From the NCBI GenBank assembly GCA_963713755.1, contig CAVQMW010000005.1:1455119-1519118 (forward strand): a stretch of DNA of 64,000 nt. Reading direction: 5' to 3'. Both the position numbers and the translations under genes were made by a program. The notes beneath the pieces were generated by a model. That model was not told the DNA's origin. It did no database searches and saw only the letters and a program-made list of their open reading frames with translations. The DNA comes from an uncultured delta proteobacterium. Its GTDB lineage: Bacteria > Desulfobacterota > Desulfobacteria > Desulfobacterales > CAVQMW01. Positions within the stretch are counted from its first letter, which is position 1; each line of letters begins with the position of its first letter. Of this stretch, positions 27,689-37,213 are shown piece by piece.

Positions 27689-29494
27689 TTACCGGTAGAC
27701 CGCCTCGATTTCCCGGGCGAATTTTTGGTAGATGTTGGCCCGGCGAACCTTCATGGTGGCGGTGAGCTCGTCGTCGTCGTGGTCCAGCTCTTTTTCCAGT
27801 AGTTTGAAGCGCCGGATGTTCTCGACTCTGGCGAATTGCCGGTTGACCTGTTCCACCTCTTGTTGAATCAGCGCAAGAGTTTCCGGATTGGCCGAAAGGT
27901 TTTTAAAGTTGGTGTAGGCAATTCTGCGATCCGTGGCCCATTTGCCCACATTGTCGAAATCGATCTGGATCAGGGCGGCCAGGTAGTTGCGGCCCTCGCC
28001 CACCACGATGGCCTCTTTAATGTAAGGGCTGACCTTGAGGGCGTTTTCGATCTCCGAAGGGGCGATATTCTTTCCGCCGGAGGTGATGATGATGTCCTTT
28101 TTGCGGTCCACGATCAACACATGGCCGTCCGCGTTGACCCGCGCGATGTCGCCGGTGTGCAGCCAGCCGTCCACCACGGTCTGCCGGGTGGCCGCTTCGT
28201 TCTTATAGTACCCCACGAAGATCAATTTGCCCCGCTTTAGAAGTTCGCCATCCTCGGCGATCTTGTACTCCACGCCCGGAATCGGTTTGCCCACGGTCCC
28301 CAGTTGGATATCCTCTCCGCGGTGGATGAACGAGAGGCCGGTGGATTCAGTCATGCCGTAACCCTCCTTGACCGGGATGCCGATATCGTGGAAAAAGCGC
28401 AGCACATCGGGGCTCACCTTGGCGGCGGCGGAAAAGCAGAAGCGCGTCTTGCGCAGTCCCACATAGTTTTGCAAGGATCGCAGCATGACACCATAGGCCA
28501 GCCACTGAGCGAGGCGGGGTAATAGACCGGGGGGCGCGCCGTTGAGCCGCAGGTTCGCGGTGCGATGTCCCGCTGCCAGGGTTTTTCGAAACAGCCACCG
28601 CTTGATGGGAGTGGATTCCTTGATTTTAATCATGATGGCGGACTGCAGCTTTTCCCAAATGCGCGGCACACCCAGGAATACCGTGGGGCCGATCTCCCGC
28701 AGATCCGCCTGAATGGTGGCGATGCTTTCCGCGAAGTTGACCGTGTAGCCCACATACATGGGCAGGAACAGGCTGAAGATTTTTTCGGCCACATGGCAGA
28801 GGGGCAGGTAGGAGACCACCGAATCGCCGGGACCGGCGCCGATGGCCGCAATGGTGCCCTGAGTCATGGCCTCGATGTTGATGTGGTTGATCATGGCGCC
28901 CTTGGGCTTGCCGGTGGTGCCCGAGGTATAGACCATGATGCAGAGATCTTCGGGGCTTCCCAGTGCCACTTCATCTTCAAAGCGCCGGGGCTGGGTTTTG
29001 GCGAGGCCACGGCCCATCTGCTCCACCTGGGCGAACGATGTGATATGCTCTTTGGGATAGCGCCTGAGCCCCTTCATATCCTTGACGATGATTTTTTCAA
29101 GGGCGGGCAGGCGATCCCGAACTTCCAAAATCTTATCGGTTTGCTCCTGATCCTCCGCCACCACGAACCTGGCGTCTGCATGCTTCACCACATAGTGCAC
29201 TTCGGGGTAGGGACTGGTGGGGTATACGCCCACCGATACGCCGCCCAGACAGATGGCCGCCATGTCGGCGTAGAGCCATTCGCAGCAGTTTTCGCTGACT
29301 ATGGCCAGGTGGTCGCCGCGCTTGAATCCCAGGGAGATCAGCCCCAGGGCGAAATGGTGCACATGGTCCAGGTATTGGGCCCAGGTCACCCGCTGCCAGA
29401 TGCCGAACTCTTTTTCTCGCAGAGCCACCCGGGAGTCCCAGGCTCCCGCGCGCTCCAGAAAAATTTGAGCTAATGTCTTGCCCGTTGGTTCCAT
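27689..29494 (-). CDS. AMP-forming long-chain acyl-CoA synthetase.
   Basis: 601 aa. AMP-binding motif YTSGTTGKPKGAM, GYGMTES, and TGDIARVNADGHVLIVDRKKD. Confidence 0.85.
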   Translation of the reverse strand: MEPTGKTLAQIFLERAGAWDSRVALREKEFGIWQRVTWAQYLDHVHHFALGLISLGFKRGDHLAIVSENCCEWLYADMAAICLGGVSVGVYPTSPYPEVHYVVKHADARFVVAEDQEQTDKILEVRDRLPALEKIIVKDMKGLRRYPKEHITSFAQVEQMGRGLAKTQPRRFEDEVALGSPEDLCIMVYTSGTTGKPKGAMINHINIEAMTQGTIAAIGAGPGDSVVSYLPLCHVAEKIFSLFLPMYVGYTVNFAESIATIQADLREIGPTVFLGVPRIWEKLQSAIMIKIKESTPIKRWLFRKTLAAGHRTANLRLNGAPPGLLPRLAQWLAYGVMLRSLQNYVGLRKTRFCFSAAAKVSPDVLRFFHDIGIPVKEGYGMTESTGLSFIHRGEDIQLGTVGKPIPGVEYKIAEDGELLKRGKLIFVGYYKNEAATRQTVVDGWLHTGDIARVNADGHVLIVDRKKDIIITSGGKNIAPSEIENALKVSPYIKEAIVVGEGRNYLAALIQIDFDNVGKWATDRRIAYTNFKNLSANPETLALIQQEVEQVNRQFARVENIRRFKLLEKELDHDDDELTATMKVRRANIYQKFAREIEAVYR

Positions 29495-29514
29495 GCGTAA
29501 AATTTATTCAGCCG

Positions 29515-30336
29515 CTAACTTAACCAGCGTTTCCTTCGTTTATAGTGTTTGACGTCGTGATAGCTCTTAGCTGCGCCTTGTTCCCCCAGGCCGAGGTAGA
29601 ACTCCTGGACATCCTTGTCCTGGAGCAGGCGCTCCACGGGACCGTCCAGCACCACCCGACCGGTTTCCATGATGTAACCGTATGAACTCACCGAAAGGGC
29701 CATCTGCGCGTTTTGCTCCACCAGCAGAATAGTGGTGCCCTCCTTGCGGTTGATCTCGCGGATGATGGCGAAGATCTCTTCCACCAGCAGGGGTGCCAGC
29801 CCCAGAGAGGGCTCGTCGAGCATCAACAGCCGGGGGCTGGCCAGCAGCCCCCGGCTGATGGCCAGCATTTGCTGTTCGCCTCCGGATAGGTAGCCGGCGG
29901 TCTGTTTGAGCCGGGTTTTGAGGATCGGGAAGTAGGTGAGACATTTATCCAGATCCTGCTTTACAGCCGAACGATTTTTTCGGATATAGGCGCCGCAGCT
30001 GAGATTTTCATCTACGGTGAGCTCTTCGAAAATTCGGCGCCCCTCCATCACCTGAAATATCCCCTGGCGCACAATCTGGTGGGGCGCCAGGCCGGTCAGG
30101 GAGGCTCCGTCAAACTCGATGGAGCCGTCGCTGATCTCCCCATCCTCCAGGGGCAGAAAACCGCTGATGGCTTTCAGGGTGGTGCTTTTCCCGGCGCCGT
30201 TGCTGCCCAAAAGGGCAATGATCTCCCCTTCGGGCACCTGCAGGGAGAGCCCCTTGAGCACCAGCACCACATGATTGTAGACCACCTCGATATTGTTCAC
30301 CTTCAGGATCGAGGGCCGGCGGGGTTGCGCTTCCAT
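29515..30336 (-). CDS. Liv-type ABC transporter ATP-binding protein (LivF-like).
   Basis: Walker A GSNGAGKST, signature LSGGEQQML and Walker B LMLDEPSLGLAP. Confidence 0.85.
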   Translation of the reverse strand: MEAQPRRPSILKVNNIEVVYNHVVLVLKGLSLQVPEGEIIALLGSNGAGKSTTLKAISGFLPLEDGEISDGSIEFDGASLTGLAPHQIVRQGIFQVMEGRRIFEELTVDENLSCGAYIRKNRSAVKQDLDKCLTYFPILKTRLKQTAGYLSGGEQQMLAISRGLLASPRLLMLDEPSLGLAPLLVEEIFAIIREINRKEGTTILLVEQNAQMALSVSSYGYIMETGRVVLDGPVERLLQDKDVQEFYLGLGEQGAAKSYHDVKHYKRRKRWLS

Positions 30337-31521
30337 CTACTCTTCCAAATAGATCCAGTCCGACGCCGGGTCAAAGCGGCCTTCCTTGGCGATATAGACT
30401 TTGCCCACGGCCGTGGCGTTGGTGCTTTTAAAGGTGACGATGCCGGCAAATCCCTGGGTATCCCAATCCTTGATCTGGGGCAGGGCGTCTTTCAGATTTT
30501 CCCCGGTAATGGGCAGCCCCAGTTCATGGCATTTTTTGGCTGCCTGGGTGAAGATCATGCCGGTGAACCAGCCCTGCATATAGGAGTTTGGGCGGTAGGT
30601 GACATCCGGGTGATGGCGCTGGTTAAACTCATGGATGGCCTGAATCATGGGGACATCCGTATGGTACCAGTAGGCATAGGGGTTGACCCCCATGAAACCC
30701 TCCCCATCGGGTCCCAGTTTGTCGAGTAGCATTTTGGACATGGTCCAGAAGGAACCCATAAACGTGGTTTCGAGGCCGAAGTCCTTGGCGCCCCGGATCA
30801 CCGCGGGAATGGGAGGCACCACATAGCCCTGGAAGATGCAGAAGTCGGGATTATTGCGTTTCAGGTCCAGCAGTTGGCTGGTCACATCCACAGCCCCCAC
30901 GGCGGTCACCTCCTCGGCCACGACCTCCACCCCCAGCTTTTCCGCCATCTCGCGGGCATAGGGGATGGGGTCGCGCCCAAACTCGGTATCGCTGTAGAAG
31001 AAGGCCACCGTGGGTTTTTGGCCCTCTTTCTTGGGATGGGCGGCAATGTATTTGAGCAGGATGCCGAACTGCTGGGCATAAGTAGGGCCGGAGACGAACA
31101 TGTAGGGGTTCTTGCCGCGGTCGGCCAGCTCTTCGGAAAAGGAGGTAGAGCCGTAGAGTACGTGGTAACGGTCGTTGATCTCCGGGGCGAGAGCCTTGCC
31201 CTGACCGGTGGATTCACCATAATTCATGGGCGGGCTGTGCTTGGCCATCTGCTTTTTGAAAGAGGCCACGGCGCGTTTAACGTCGTAGCCGGTATCTTCG
31301 TAGGTGTATTCGAACATCATCCCGGCCACGCCGCCCTGCTCATTGGCGTAGGCCAAGGCGTCCGCCAGGCCCTGGTGGATGTTCTTGCCGGCGAAGGCAA
31401 AACGGCCGGTGATGGGCTGTTGGCCTGTCACCTTGATGGCTTCGGCCCCCATAGCCAGAGGGGTCATGAGAAGAACGCATAGTAATGCCATCAGCCAAAC
31501 CCTGCAATGTCGCCTCTTCAT
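30337..31521 (-). CDS. Periplasmic substrate-binding protein (type I, LivK-like).
   Basis: Signal peptide MKRRHCRVWLMALLCVLLMTPLAMGA. 394 aa, positioned within the Liv-type operon. Confidence 0.75.
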   Translation of the reverse strand: MKRRHCRVWLMALLCVLLMTPLAMGAEAIKVTGQQPITGRFAFAGKNIHQGLADALAYANEQGGVAGMMFEYTYEDTGYDVKRAVASFKKQMAKHSPPMNYGESTGQGKALAPEINDRYHVLYGSTSFSEELADRGKNPYMFVSGPTYAQQFGILLKYIAAHPKKEGQKPTVAFFYSDTEFGRDPIPYAREMAEKLGVEVVAEEVTAVGAVDVTSQLLDLKRNNPDFCIFQGYVVPPIPAVIRGAKDFGLETTFMGSFWTMSKMLLDKLGPDGEGFMGVNPYAYWYHTDVPMIQAIHEFNQRHHPDVTYRPNSYMQGWFTGMIFTQAAKKCHELGLPITGENLKDALPQIKDWDTQGFAGIVTFKSTNATAVGKVYIAKEGRFDPASDWIYLEE

Positions 31522-31596
31522 CTCCTGCTCCTTTCGTTACGAGTATCCTCTTTCGGCGGGGCGACCCCCAGGGTCCGCCCGCCGGCCGGCTGTGGA

Positions 31597-32640
31597 TCAA
31601 TTTTCAAAAGGCCACAACCGAAAGTAGTTCTTTACCCGCCGCCACATCTCAGCCAGTCCGTGGGGCTCGAATACCAGAAAGACAACGATCAGCAGCCCGA
31701 ACACCACGGTCTGCAGGGGGTACAGATAACTCATAATCGTGGGACTGAGCCCCTGGAAAAAACCCATGATGCTTTGCAGCACTTCAGGAATCAGGGTCAT
31801 GAAAATAGCCCCGCAAATGGCCCCCAGCACCGACCCCAGGCCGCCCACGATGATCATGGCCAAATAGCGGATGCTCTCGTGGAGGGGGAAATGCTCCGGG
31901 GTGACGATCTTGAGCAGGTAGACATTGAGGCACCCCGCCACTCCGGCGTAAAAGGAGCTGGCCGCAAAGGCCAAAAGTTTGTAGTGAAACAGATTGATCC
32001 CCATGATTTCGGCGGAGATGTCCCGGTCGCGGATAGCGATAAAGGCGCGCCCTACACGGGTTCGAAACAGGTTCCGGGCGCCGGTCACGGCCACGATTAC
32101 GATGGGTAAGGTGACAAAATAGAAGCCGAACTCCGTGTTCAACTTGACGCCGAAGATTTCAGCGGTGGGCACATTGATACCCCGGATGCCACCGGTAACC
32201 GGCTCCCAGTGAATGAAGATAAACTCAAAGATCATTTGCGCGGCAAGGGTGGCGATACACAGATAGAGCCCTTTCATGCGCATGGAGGGCGCGCCCACGA
32301 CCACCCCCGCCAGGGCCGCGGCCAGCCCCGACAAGGGCAGGCAGACCAGAAAGGGCAATCCTAGACGGGTGGTCAGGATGGCGGCGGTGTAGGCGCCTAC
32401 ACCGACGAAGGCCGCATGCCCCAGGGAGATTTGGCCGGCCGCTCCGGTCAGGATATTGAGCCCCACGGCGGCGATGATGGCGACTCCGGTATGGTTGGCC
32501 ATGTAGAGTAAATAGGGACCGGCTAAAAAGGGAAAGATCAGCAGCGCGGCAAAGAGGATTCCCATCCACACCCAGGAGGTGGGGCTGGGAAAGACCGCCT
32601 CGTCGGCGGCATAGCTCTCTTTGAAATCTCCGATACGCAT
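31597..32640 (-). CDS. Liv-type ABC permease (LivM-like).
   Basis: 347 aa and polytopic, with TGAAGQISLGHAAFVGVGAYT. Confidence 0.8.
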   Translation of the reverse strand: MRIGDFKESYAADEAVFPSPTSWVWMGILFAALLIFPFLAGPYLLYMANHTGVAIIAAVGLNILTGAAGQISLGHAAFVGVGAYTAAILTTRLGLPFLVCLPLSGLAAALAGVVVGAPSMRMKGLYLCIATLAAQMIFEFIFIHWEPVTGGIRGINVPTAEIFGVKLNTEFGFYFVTLPIVIVAVTGARNLFRTRVGRAFIAIRDRDISAEIMGINLFHYKLLAFAASSFYAGVAGCLNVYLLKIVTPEHFPLHESIRYLAMIIVGGLGSVLGAICGAIFMTLIPEVLQSIMGFFQGLSPTIMSYLYPLQTVVFGLLIVVFLVFEPHGLAEMWRRVKNYFRLWPFEN

Positions 32641-32644
32641 ATAA

Positions 32645-33529
32645 TTACAGCCGCTCGATCTCCTCTTTGCCGAACAAGCCGTAGGGTTTGATCAGCAGGA
32701 TGATCACCAGCACCACAAAGGGCGCCAGGTTTTTAACGCCACCGCCCACATAGGGATCCAAATAGCCCCCGGCGATGTTCTCCACCAGGCCCACAATAAA
32801 CCCGCCCACCACCGCCCCGGCAATGGAGTCGAGGCCGCCCAGGATAACCACCGGAAAAATTTTAAGCCCGATATGGCCCAGAGTGGGCTGGATGCCGCCC
32901 ATATTGCCGATGATCACTCCCCCCAGGGAGGCGGCCACCGCGCCCAGGGACCAGGCCAGGGTGAACATGGCGCGCACATTGATTCCCATGGAGAAGGCCG
33001 CCATCTGATCGTTGGCCGTGGCCCGCATGGCCACTCCCACTTTGGTGTACTTGAACAGCAGCGCAAAGAGGATCACCGCGGCCATGGCGATTAAAAAGCC
33101 CCAAAACAGGTTGGAGCGGATGATGATATCTCCCATGATAATGGGCGCCCGGGGAAAAAGGGGCGGGAAGCTCTTGAAATCCGTGGACCAGATGATTTCA
33201 GCCGCGCCCATCAGGATCGAGGAGAGACCGATGGTGACCATGATGACGCTGATCGCGGGCTGGCCCAGCATATGGCGAAGAATGGCGCGTTCCACCCAGA
33301 ACCCGAGCAGTGCCGCGCAGCCCATCACCAGCACAAAGGCCGGTATGGCCGGAATCTCGGCCCCAACCATGAAAGTGTAGAAAAAGTAGGCCCCAATCAT
33401 CATGAACTCGCCGGTGGCGAAGTTGATGATACTGGTGGCTTTGTAGATCAAGACAAAACCCAATGCGATCAGGGCGTATACTCCACCCACGGCAATTCCG
33501 CTGACGATGAGCTGTGCCAGGATATCCAT
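32645..33529 (-). CDS. Liv-type ABC permease (LivH-like).
   Basis: 294 aa and polytopic, with INFATGEFMMIGAY. Confidence 0.8.
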   Translation of the reverse strand: MDILAQLIVSGIAVGGVYALIALGFVLIYKATSIINFATGEFMMIGAYFFYTFMVGAEIPAIPAFVLVMGCAALLGFWVERAILRHMLGQPAISVIMVTIGLSSILMGAAEIIWSTDFKSFPPLFPRAPIIMGDIIIRSNLFWGFLIAMAAVILFALLFKYTKVGVAMRATANDQMAAFSMGINVRAMFTLAWSLGAVAASLGGVIIGNMGGIQPTLGHIGLKIFPVVILGGLDSIAGAVVGGFIVGLVENIAGGYLDPYVGGGVKNLAPFVVLVIILLIKPYGLFGKEEIERL

Positions 33530-33530
33530 G

Positions 33531-34337
33531 TCAGACTTTCTTTTCTCCTAGATAGGCCTTGATCACCTCCGGGTGGCGCTGAACATCCCGCGGGGTGCCT
33601 TCGGCGATTTTCTCTCCGAAATTGACCACCAGGACCCGGTCGCTGATATCCATGATCAGGCGGATATCGTGTTCGATGAGCACGATGGTGACATCCCGCT
33701 CCTGCTGGATATCGAGAATGAAACGCGCCATGTCTTCGGTCTCCTCGGCGTTCATCCCGGCCACCGGCTCGTCCATGAGCAGCACTTTGGGCTGCATGGC
33801 CAACGCCCGGGCCAGTTCCACCCGTTTTCGCAGTCCATAGGGCAGCGATGCCACGGGGCGTTTGCGGATATGTTCAATTTCCAGAAAATCGATGATTTCC
33901 TCCTCGATTTCCCGCCTCAGGGCCATCTCCTCGCGATGGGCGGCACCCCAGTAGGCAAAGGCCGACAATAGGCCGGTTTTCAGGTGGGAATGTGCGCCCA
34001 GCTTGATGTTGTCCAGGACGGTCATTCCGCGGTAGAGGGCAATATTCTGAAAGGTGCGGGCCATTCCCAGTTTGGCCCGGCGGTCGCAGGAGAGCCGGGT
34101 AATCTCGCGCTCCATGAAGTAGATCCGGCCTTGGTCCGGCTTATAAAACCCGCCGATGATGTTGAGGATGGAGGTTTTACCGGCGCCGTTGGGGCCGATA
34201 ATGGCAAAGATTTCACCCGGGGCGACCTCAAAACTGATGCGGGTGAGGACGGCGAGACCGCCAAAGGCCAGACTCACATCCTCTGATTTGAGGATGGGGG
34301 GGTCCCCGGAGTTGCCCATGGCGGCCGTTTGCGGCAT
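33531..34337 (-). CDS. Liv-type ABC transporter ATP-binding protein (LivG-like).
   Basis: Walker A GPNGAGKTS and Walker B LLMDEPVAGMN. Confidence 0.85.
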   Translation of the reverse strand: MPQTAAMGNSGDPPILKSEDVSLAFGGLAVLTRISFEVAPGEIFAIIGPNGAGKTSILNIIGGFYKPDQGRIYFMEREITRLSCDRRAKLGMARTFQNIALYRGMTVLDNIKLGAHSHLKTGLLSAFAYWGAAHREEMALRREIEEEIIDFLEIEHIRKRPVASLPYGLRKRVELARALAMQPKVLLMDEPVAGMNAEETEDMARFILDIQQERDVTIVLIEHDIRLIMDISDRVLVVNFGEKIAEGTPRDVQRHPEVIKAYLGEKKV

Positions 34338-34360
34338 AGGGTCTTAACCTGATTTCAATT

Positions 34361-34415
34361 AATAAATGAAATTTATTATTTGGCGCACTATCTCAAAAGG
34401 CTGGGGGGGTGTCAA
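34361..34415 (-). promoter_or_regulatory. Candidate promoter and palindromic operator of the Liv-type/acyl-CoA ligase operon.
   Basis: On the minus strand: TTGACA (34415-34410), a 17-nt spacer, then GATAGT (34392-34387). The perfect palindrome AATAAAT-GAA-ATTTATT at 34361-34377 lies between the -10 box and the start codon. Confidence 0.45.
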
Positions 34416-34508
34416 TGCTTTAGCTGTAGGGGGAATCATTATTGAGGCTGCCGTGTGGAATTTGGATGGCGGGCCGCGGAAGATTGGGCGCGCTGATTGG
34501 ACGCGGGG

Positions 34509-34536
34509 GTAGGGGTTCAATATTTTGAACCCCTAC
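34509..34536. repeat. Perfect 12-bp-stem hairpin just 3' of the KamA-family gene.
   Basis: GTAGGGGTTCAA-TATT-TTGAACCCCTAC. No U-tract follows on either strand. Confidence 0.8.
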
Positions 34537-34551
34537 TAGAAAGGATAGAGG

Positions 34552-37029
34552 TCAGGATAGGGCGAAGTCCGTGGTTTTCACCAGCCCCTTGACCGGGATC
34601 ACGGGATGGCCGTCGGCATCCTCGCTGACCTGCGCCGGCCAGCTGAAATTGGGATCCAGGGCTTTAAAGTAGGCCAGGTCGTAGGGCAGCAATTTGAGGG
34701 AAAGGTCGCTATCGCCACCCTCGAACCTGGAAGAGAGGCCGAAATCCACTTCCCCCAGGGCCGTGCGGATGATGTAGCGGGGGATTTCCCGGCCGCTGCC
34801 TTCCCTCCGCACCCGGGTGGCGATGTCCACCACATCGTAAAGCGCCACCGGGTGGTTTTGGTTCCATTTTTCCTGGACAGGCAGGCCGGCCACATAGAGA
34901 TGATGAAATTCGATGGCGGCCTGGCGGCAGGCAAAAGCCAGTCGGTGGATATCTTCGGGGGTGTCATTGATTTTGCCCAGCAAGGGGGTGTTGTTGTACA
35001 CCGTAATGCCCTTGTTGTTGAGCCGCCGCACCAGGCGGGCATGGTCTTGGTTCACTTCCTCGGCGGCCAGAAACTGGGTTTCGATTTCGAGGCGCAGAGG
35101 GTTGACGATGGTCAACTGGTTCAAGGCGCCCAGGGCGTCCACCACCGCCGCGGTGTAGCTTTGCGGGGCGGTGTTAAATTTCAGGCTGCGCAGACGCACG
35201 GCATTGACATGGGGCGTATCCTGAAGTTCGCGGACGATCCAGCGGATCTGGGACAAGGCATCCACGGTGTCGCCGGAGGAAACGATGCGCACGTCACTGA
35301 TGCGTTCATCGCCGCGAATGTAGTACAGATCCTCCGGAACGGCGTTGACATCCAGTTCCACTCGGGTTTCGTGGACCCGCGAGAGGGTTCCCGAGCCGCT
35401 ATTGACGATGCCGGGGGTAATGCCTTCAAGCTCATCAATGAGCGGCCTTACGGCATCGCTGCTCTCGGGCTGGGGGGTGATGCCGCCGCCCAGACGCAGG
35501 GGCCGGGATCCCAGATATAAATTTTCATCTCCGATTTGGGCCATGTATTGAATGTCGATGGTGCCTTCCGCATTGACCCGGATATTGGTCAGTTCGTTGG
35601 CGATGGGCGCGAACTGTTTGAAGTAGTTCGGGGTGTAGGGGCTGCGGATCCACATGAAGTTGGGGTTTTCGGCCACCGGCTCCACGGCCCAGCCGCTGGT
35701 GTGCCAATCCATCTTGCCGATGGGCGTGGCGGTGCAGATCCGGGGGATCACCCGGTCGGAAAGATGAGCGCGCAGGTAATTGCCCGCTGCCAGGCCCTTG
35801 GCGATGGGCGTCCAGTAGACACTGTTGCCGTGGATGGGACTGCAGGGGATGTAAATATAGTGCAACTCCGCTCCGGCGCCCCGCAGCAGGCTGAAGAGCC
35901 GCACCAATTCGAGACCTTGGTCGTTGCAATTTTTCAGAAAAGGGGTTTGCACATAGACCGCAATGCCGCTTTTCACCAAATCGGTGATAATCATCAGGCT
36001 TTGGGGGGAGATCTCGTCAGGATGGATAAAGTGCGTGGCCACTTCCATGCGCTTGCCGCGCTGCTGCAACGCGAGGTTTTTTTGCTTCAGATAGTTGAGC
36101 ATCTCCCCGTCATGGGAGAGGAACAGGTGGGGATAATAAGCGATGGCGCGGGTGGCCAAACGCAGGGTCTGCACGTGGTCAATGGCCATGAGGCCTTCGA
36201 TGGCGGCCTCCATGTTTTTGCGATTCATAAAAGGGTCGCCCCCGGTGATCACAATCTCCTTGATGGCGGGGGAATTGGCTACGTGGGCCACGGCGCGCTT
36301 CACATCGGCCATGCGGGGGTTGGTTTCGTTGCGGGACTCCTTGTGCTTGCGGAAGCAGAAGCGGCAGTAAACCGGACAGCTCATGTTGAGCAGGAAAATC
36401 ACCCGATTGCGGTACATCTGTTCCAGTAGTCCCTGGTGAAACTGGCCGATCCAGGTGTTGGTGTGGCCGGCATCGTCCAGCTCTTGGGTAAAGGGCAGAT
36501 ATTGGTAGGCCACATTGCGGGAGACTTGCATCTGGCGGATGGTGTGCATGGAGAGCCGCACCGGGTAGGTCTCGATCACTTTTTGCAGGTCCGCCCGGTC
36601 CGCCTGGGGCACCTTGATGTTGACCGCTTGTTCCAACTGGTCAACGGTTTTAATGGAGATAAAGCGGTTGCCGGGCAGCACCACTTCCAGGATCGCCATG
36701 AGCAGCAGATGGGGCAGGGTGACCCCGTTGATGGTCGGCCGGCGGATGCCGTCCGCGGTGCTCTCCACGGCGGAGCCTAACAGATCGAGCAACCGGCGGA
36801 AGAATCCATGGGGATCGTTCGCATAGCCGCAGGCTTCCAGCAGCCGGGAGAATTTGGCGGGTCCCTCGCCGGTCTGGATGATGCCGTAAAAGTCCGGGCC
36901 GACCCATGATTTTACGCCGTAGTGCTCCAAGAAATGGGTCATGGCCGCCACCAGCTCGGAAAGAGGCGCCTGGTGTTCTTCACCTGAATGGGCGTAGGTG
37001 ATGGTCAATACCGTATCGTTCGCCGACAT
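34552..37029 (-). CDS. Double-length KamA-family (2,3-aminomutase-like) radical-SAM protein with a degenerate second module.
   Basis: CPVYCRFCFRKH (Cys triad at nt 36355-36378), IVITGGDPF and the KamA-type barrel order. The ATG at 37029 is preceded by an AGGAG RBS. The ORF is formally open to 37158. Confidence 0.8.
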   Translation of the reverse strand: MSANDTVLTITYAHSGEEHQAPLSELVAAMTHFLEHYGVKSWVGPDFYGIIQTGEGPAKFSRLLEACGYANDPHGFFRRLLDLLGSAVESTADGIRRPTINGVTLPHLLLMAILEVVLPGNRFISIKTVDQLEQAVNIKVPQADRADLQKVIETYPVRLSMHTIRQMQVSRNVAYQYLPFTQELDDAGHTNTWIGQFHQGLLEQMYRNRVIFLLNMSCPVYCRFCFRKHKESRNETNPRMADVKRAVAHVANSPAIKEIVITGGDPFMNRKNMEAAIEGLMAIDHVQTLRLATRAIAYYPHLFLSHDGEMLNYLKQKNLALQQRGKRMEVATHFIHPDEISPQSLMIITDLVKSGIAVYVQTPFLKNCNDQGLELVRLFSLLRGAGAELHYIYIPCSPIHGNSVYWTPIAKGLAAGNYLRAHLSDRVIPRICTATPIGKMDWHTSGWAVEPVAENPNFMWIRSPYTPNYFKQFAPIANELTNIRVNAEGTIDIQYMAQIGDENLYLGSRPLRLGGGITPQPESSDAVRPLIDELEGITPGIVNSGSGTLSRVHETRVELDVNAVPEDLYYIRGDERISDVRIVSSGDTVDALSQIRWIVRELQDTPHVNAVRLRSLKFNTAPQSYTAAVVDALGALNQLTIVNPLRLEIETQFLAAEEVNQDHARLVRRLNNKGITVYNNTPLLGKINDTPEDIHRLAFACRQAAIEFHHLYVAGLPVQEKWNQNHPVALYDVVDIATRVRREGSGREIPRYIIRTALGEVDFGLSSRFEGGDSDLSLKLLPYDLAYFKALDPNFSWPAQVSEDADGHPVIPVKGLVKTTDFALS

Positions 37030-37145
37030 GGTCTTTGCTCCTGTTGCGCGCTGGAATCGGAATGTTAAACCCCGTGAGGGCCCATCAATCCTATTGCCGC
37101 CGGCCGGCGGCCAGGGGCGGGTTTGAAACCCTTTTTTTCCGGCAT

Positions 37146-37213
37146 TTGACATTCTCATTTAAATCTGCCACTATTAACTATTATAGTAAATCATTTTCCA
37201 TTATAGTATGATC
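37146..37213. promoter_or_regulatory. Divergent promoter/operator region between the KamA-family gene and iclR.
   Basis: Plus strand: TTGACA at 37146-37151. Two direct repeats C(T/C)ATTATAGTA(A/T)(A/G)ATC lie at 37178-37193 and 37198-37213, 20 bp apart. On the minus strand each contains TATAAT (37185-37180 and 37205-37200). The latter has TTGGGG 17 nt upstream (37228-37223). Confidence 0.5.

Noticed and set aside
37030-37200. A lysine (L-box) riboswitch upstream of the KamA-family gene.
   Set aside because: The 5' region contains palindromes, but I could recognise none of the conserved L-box core elements.
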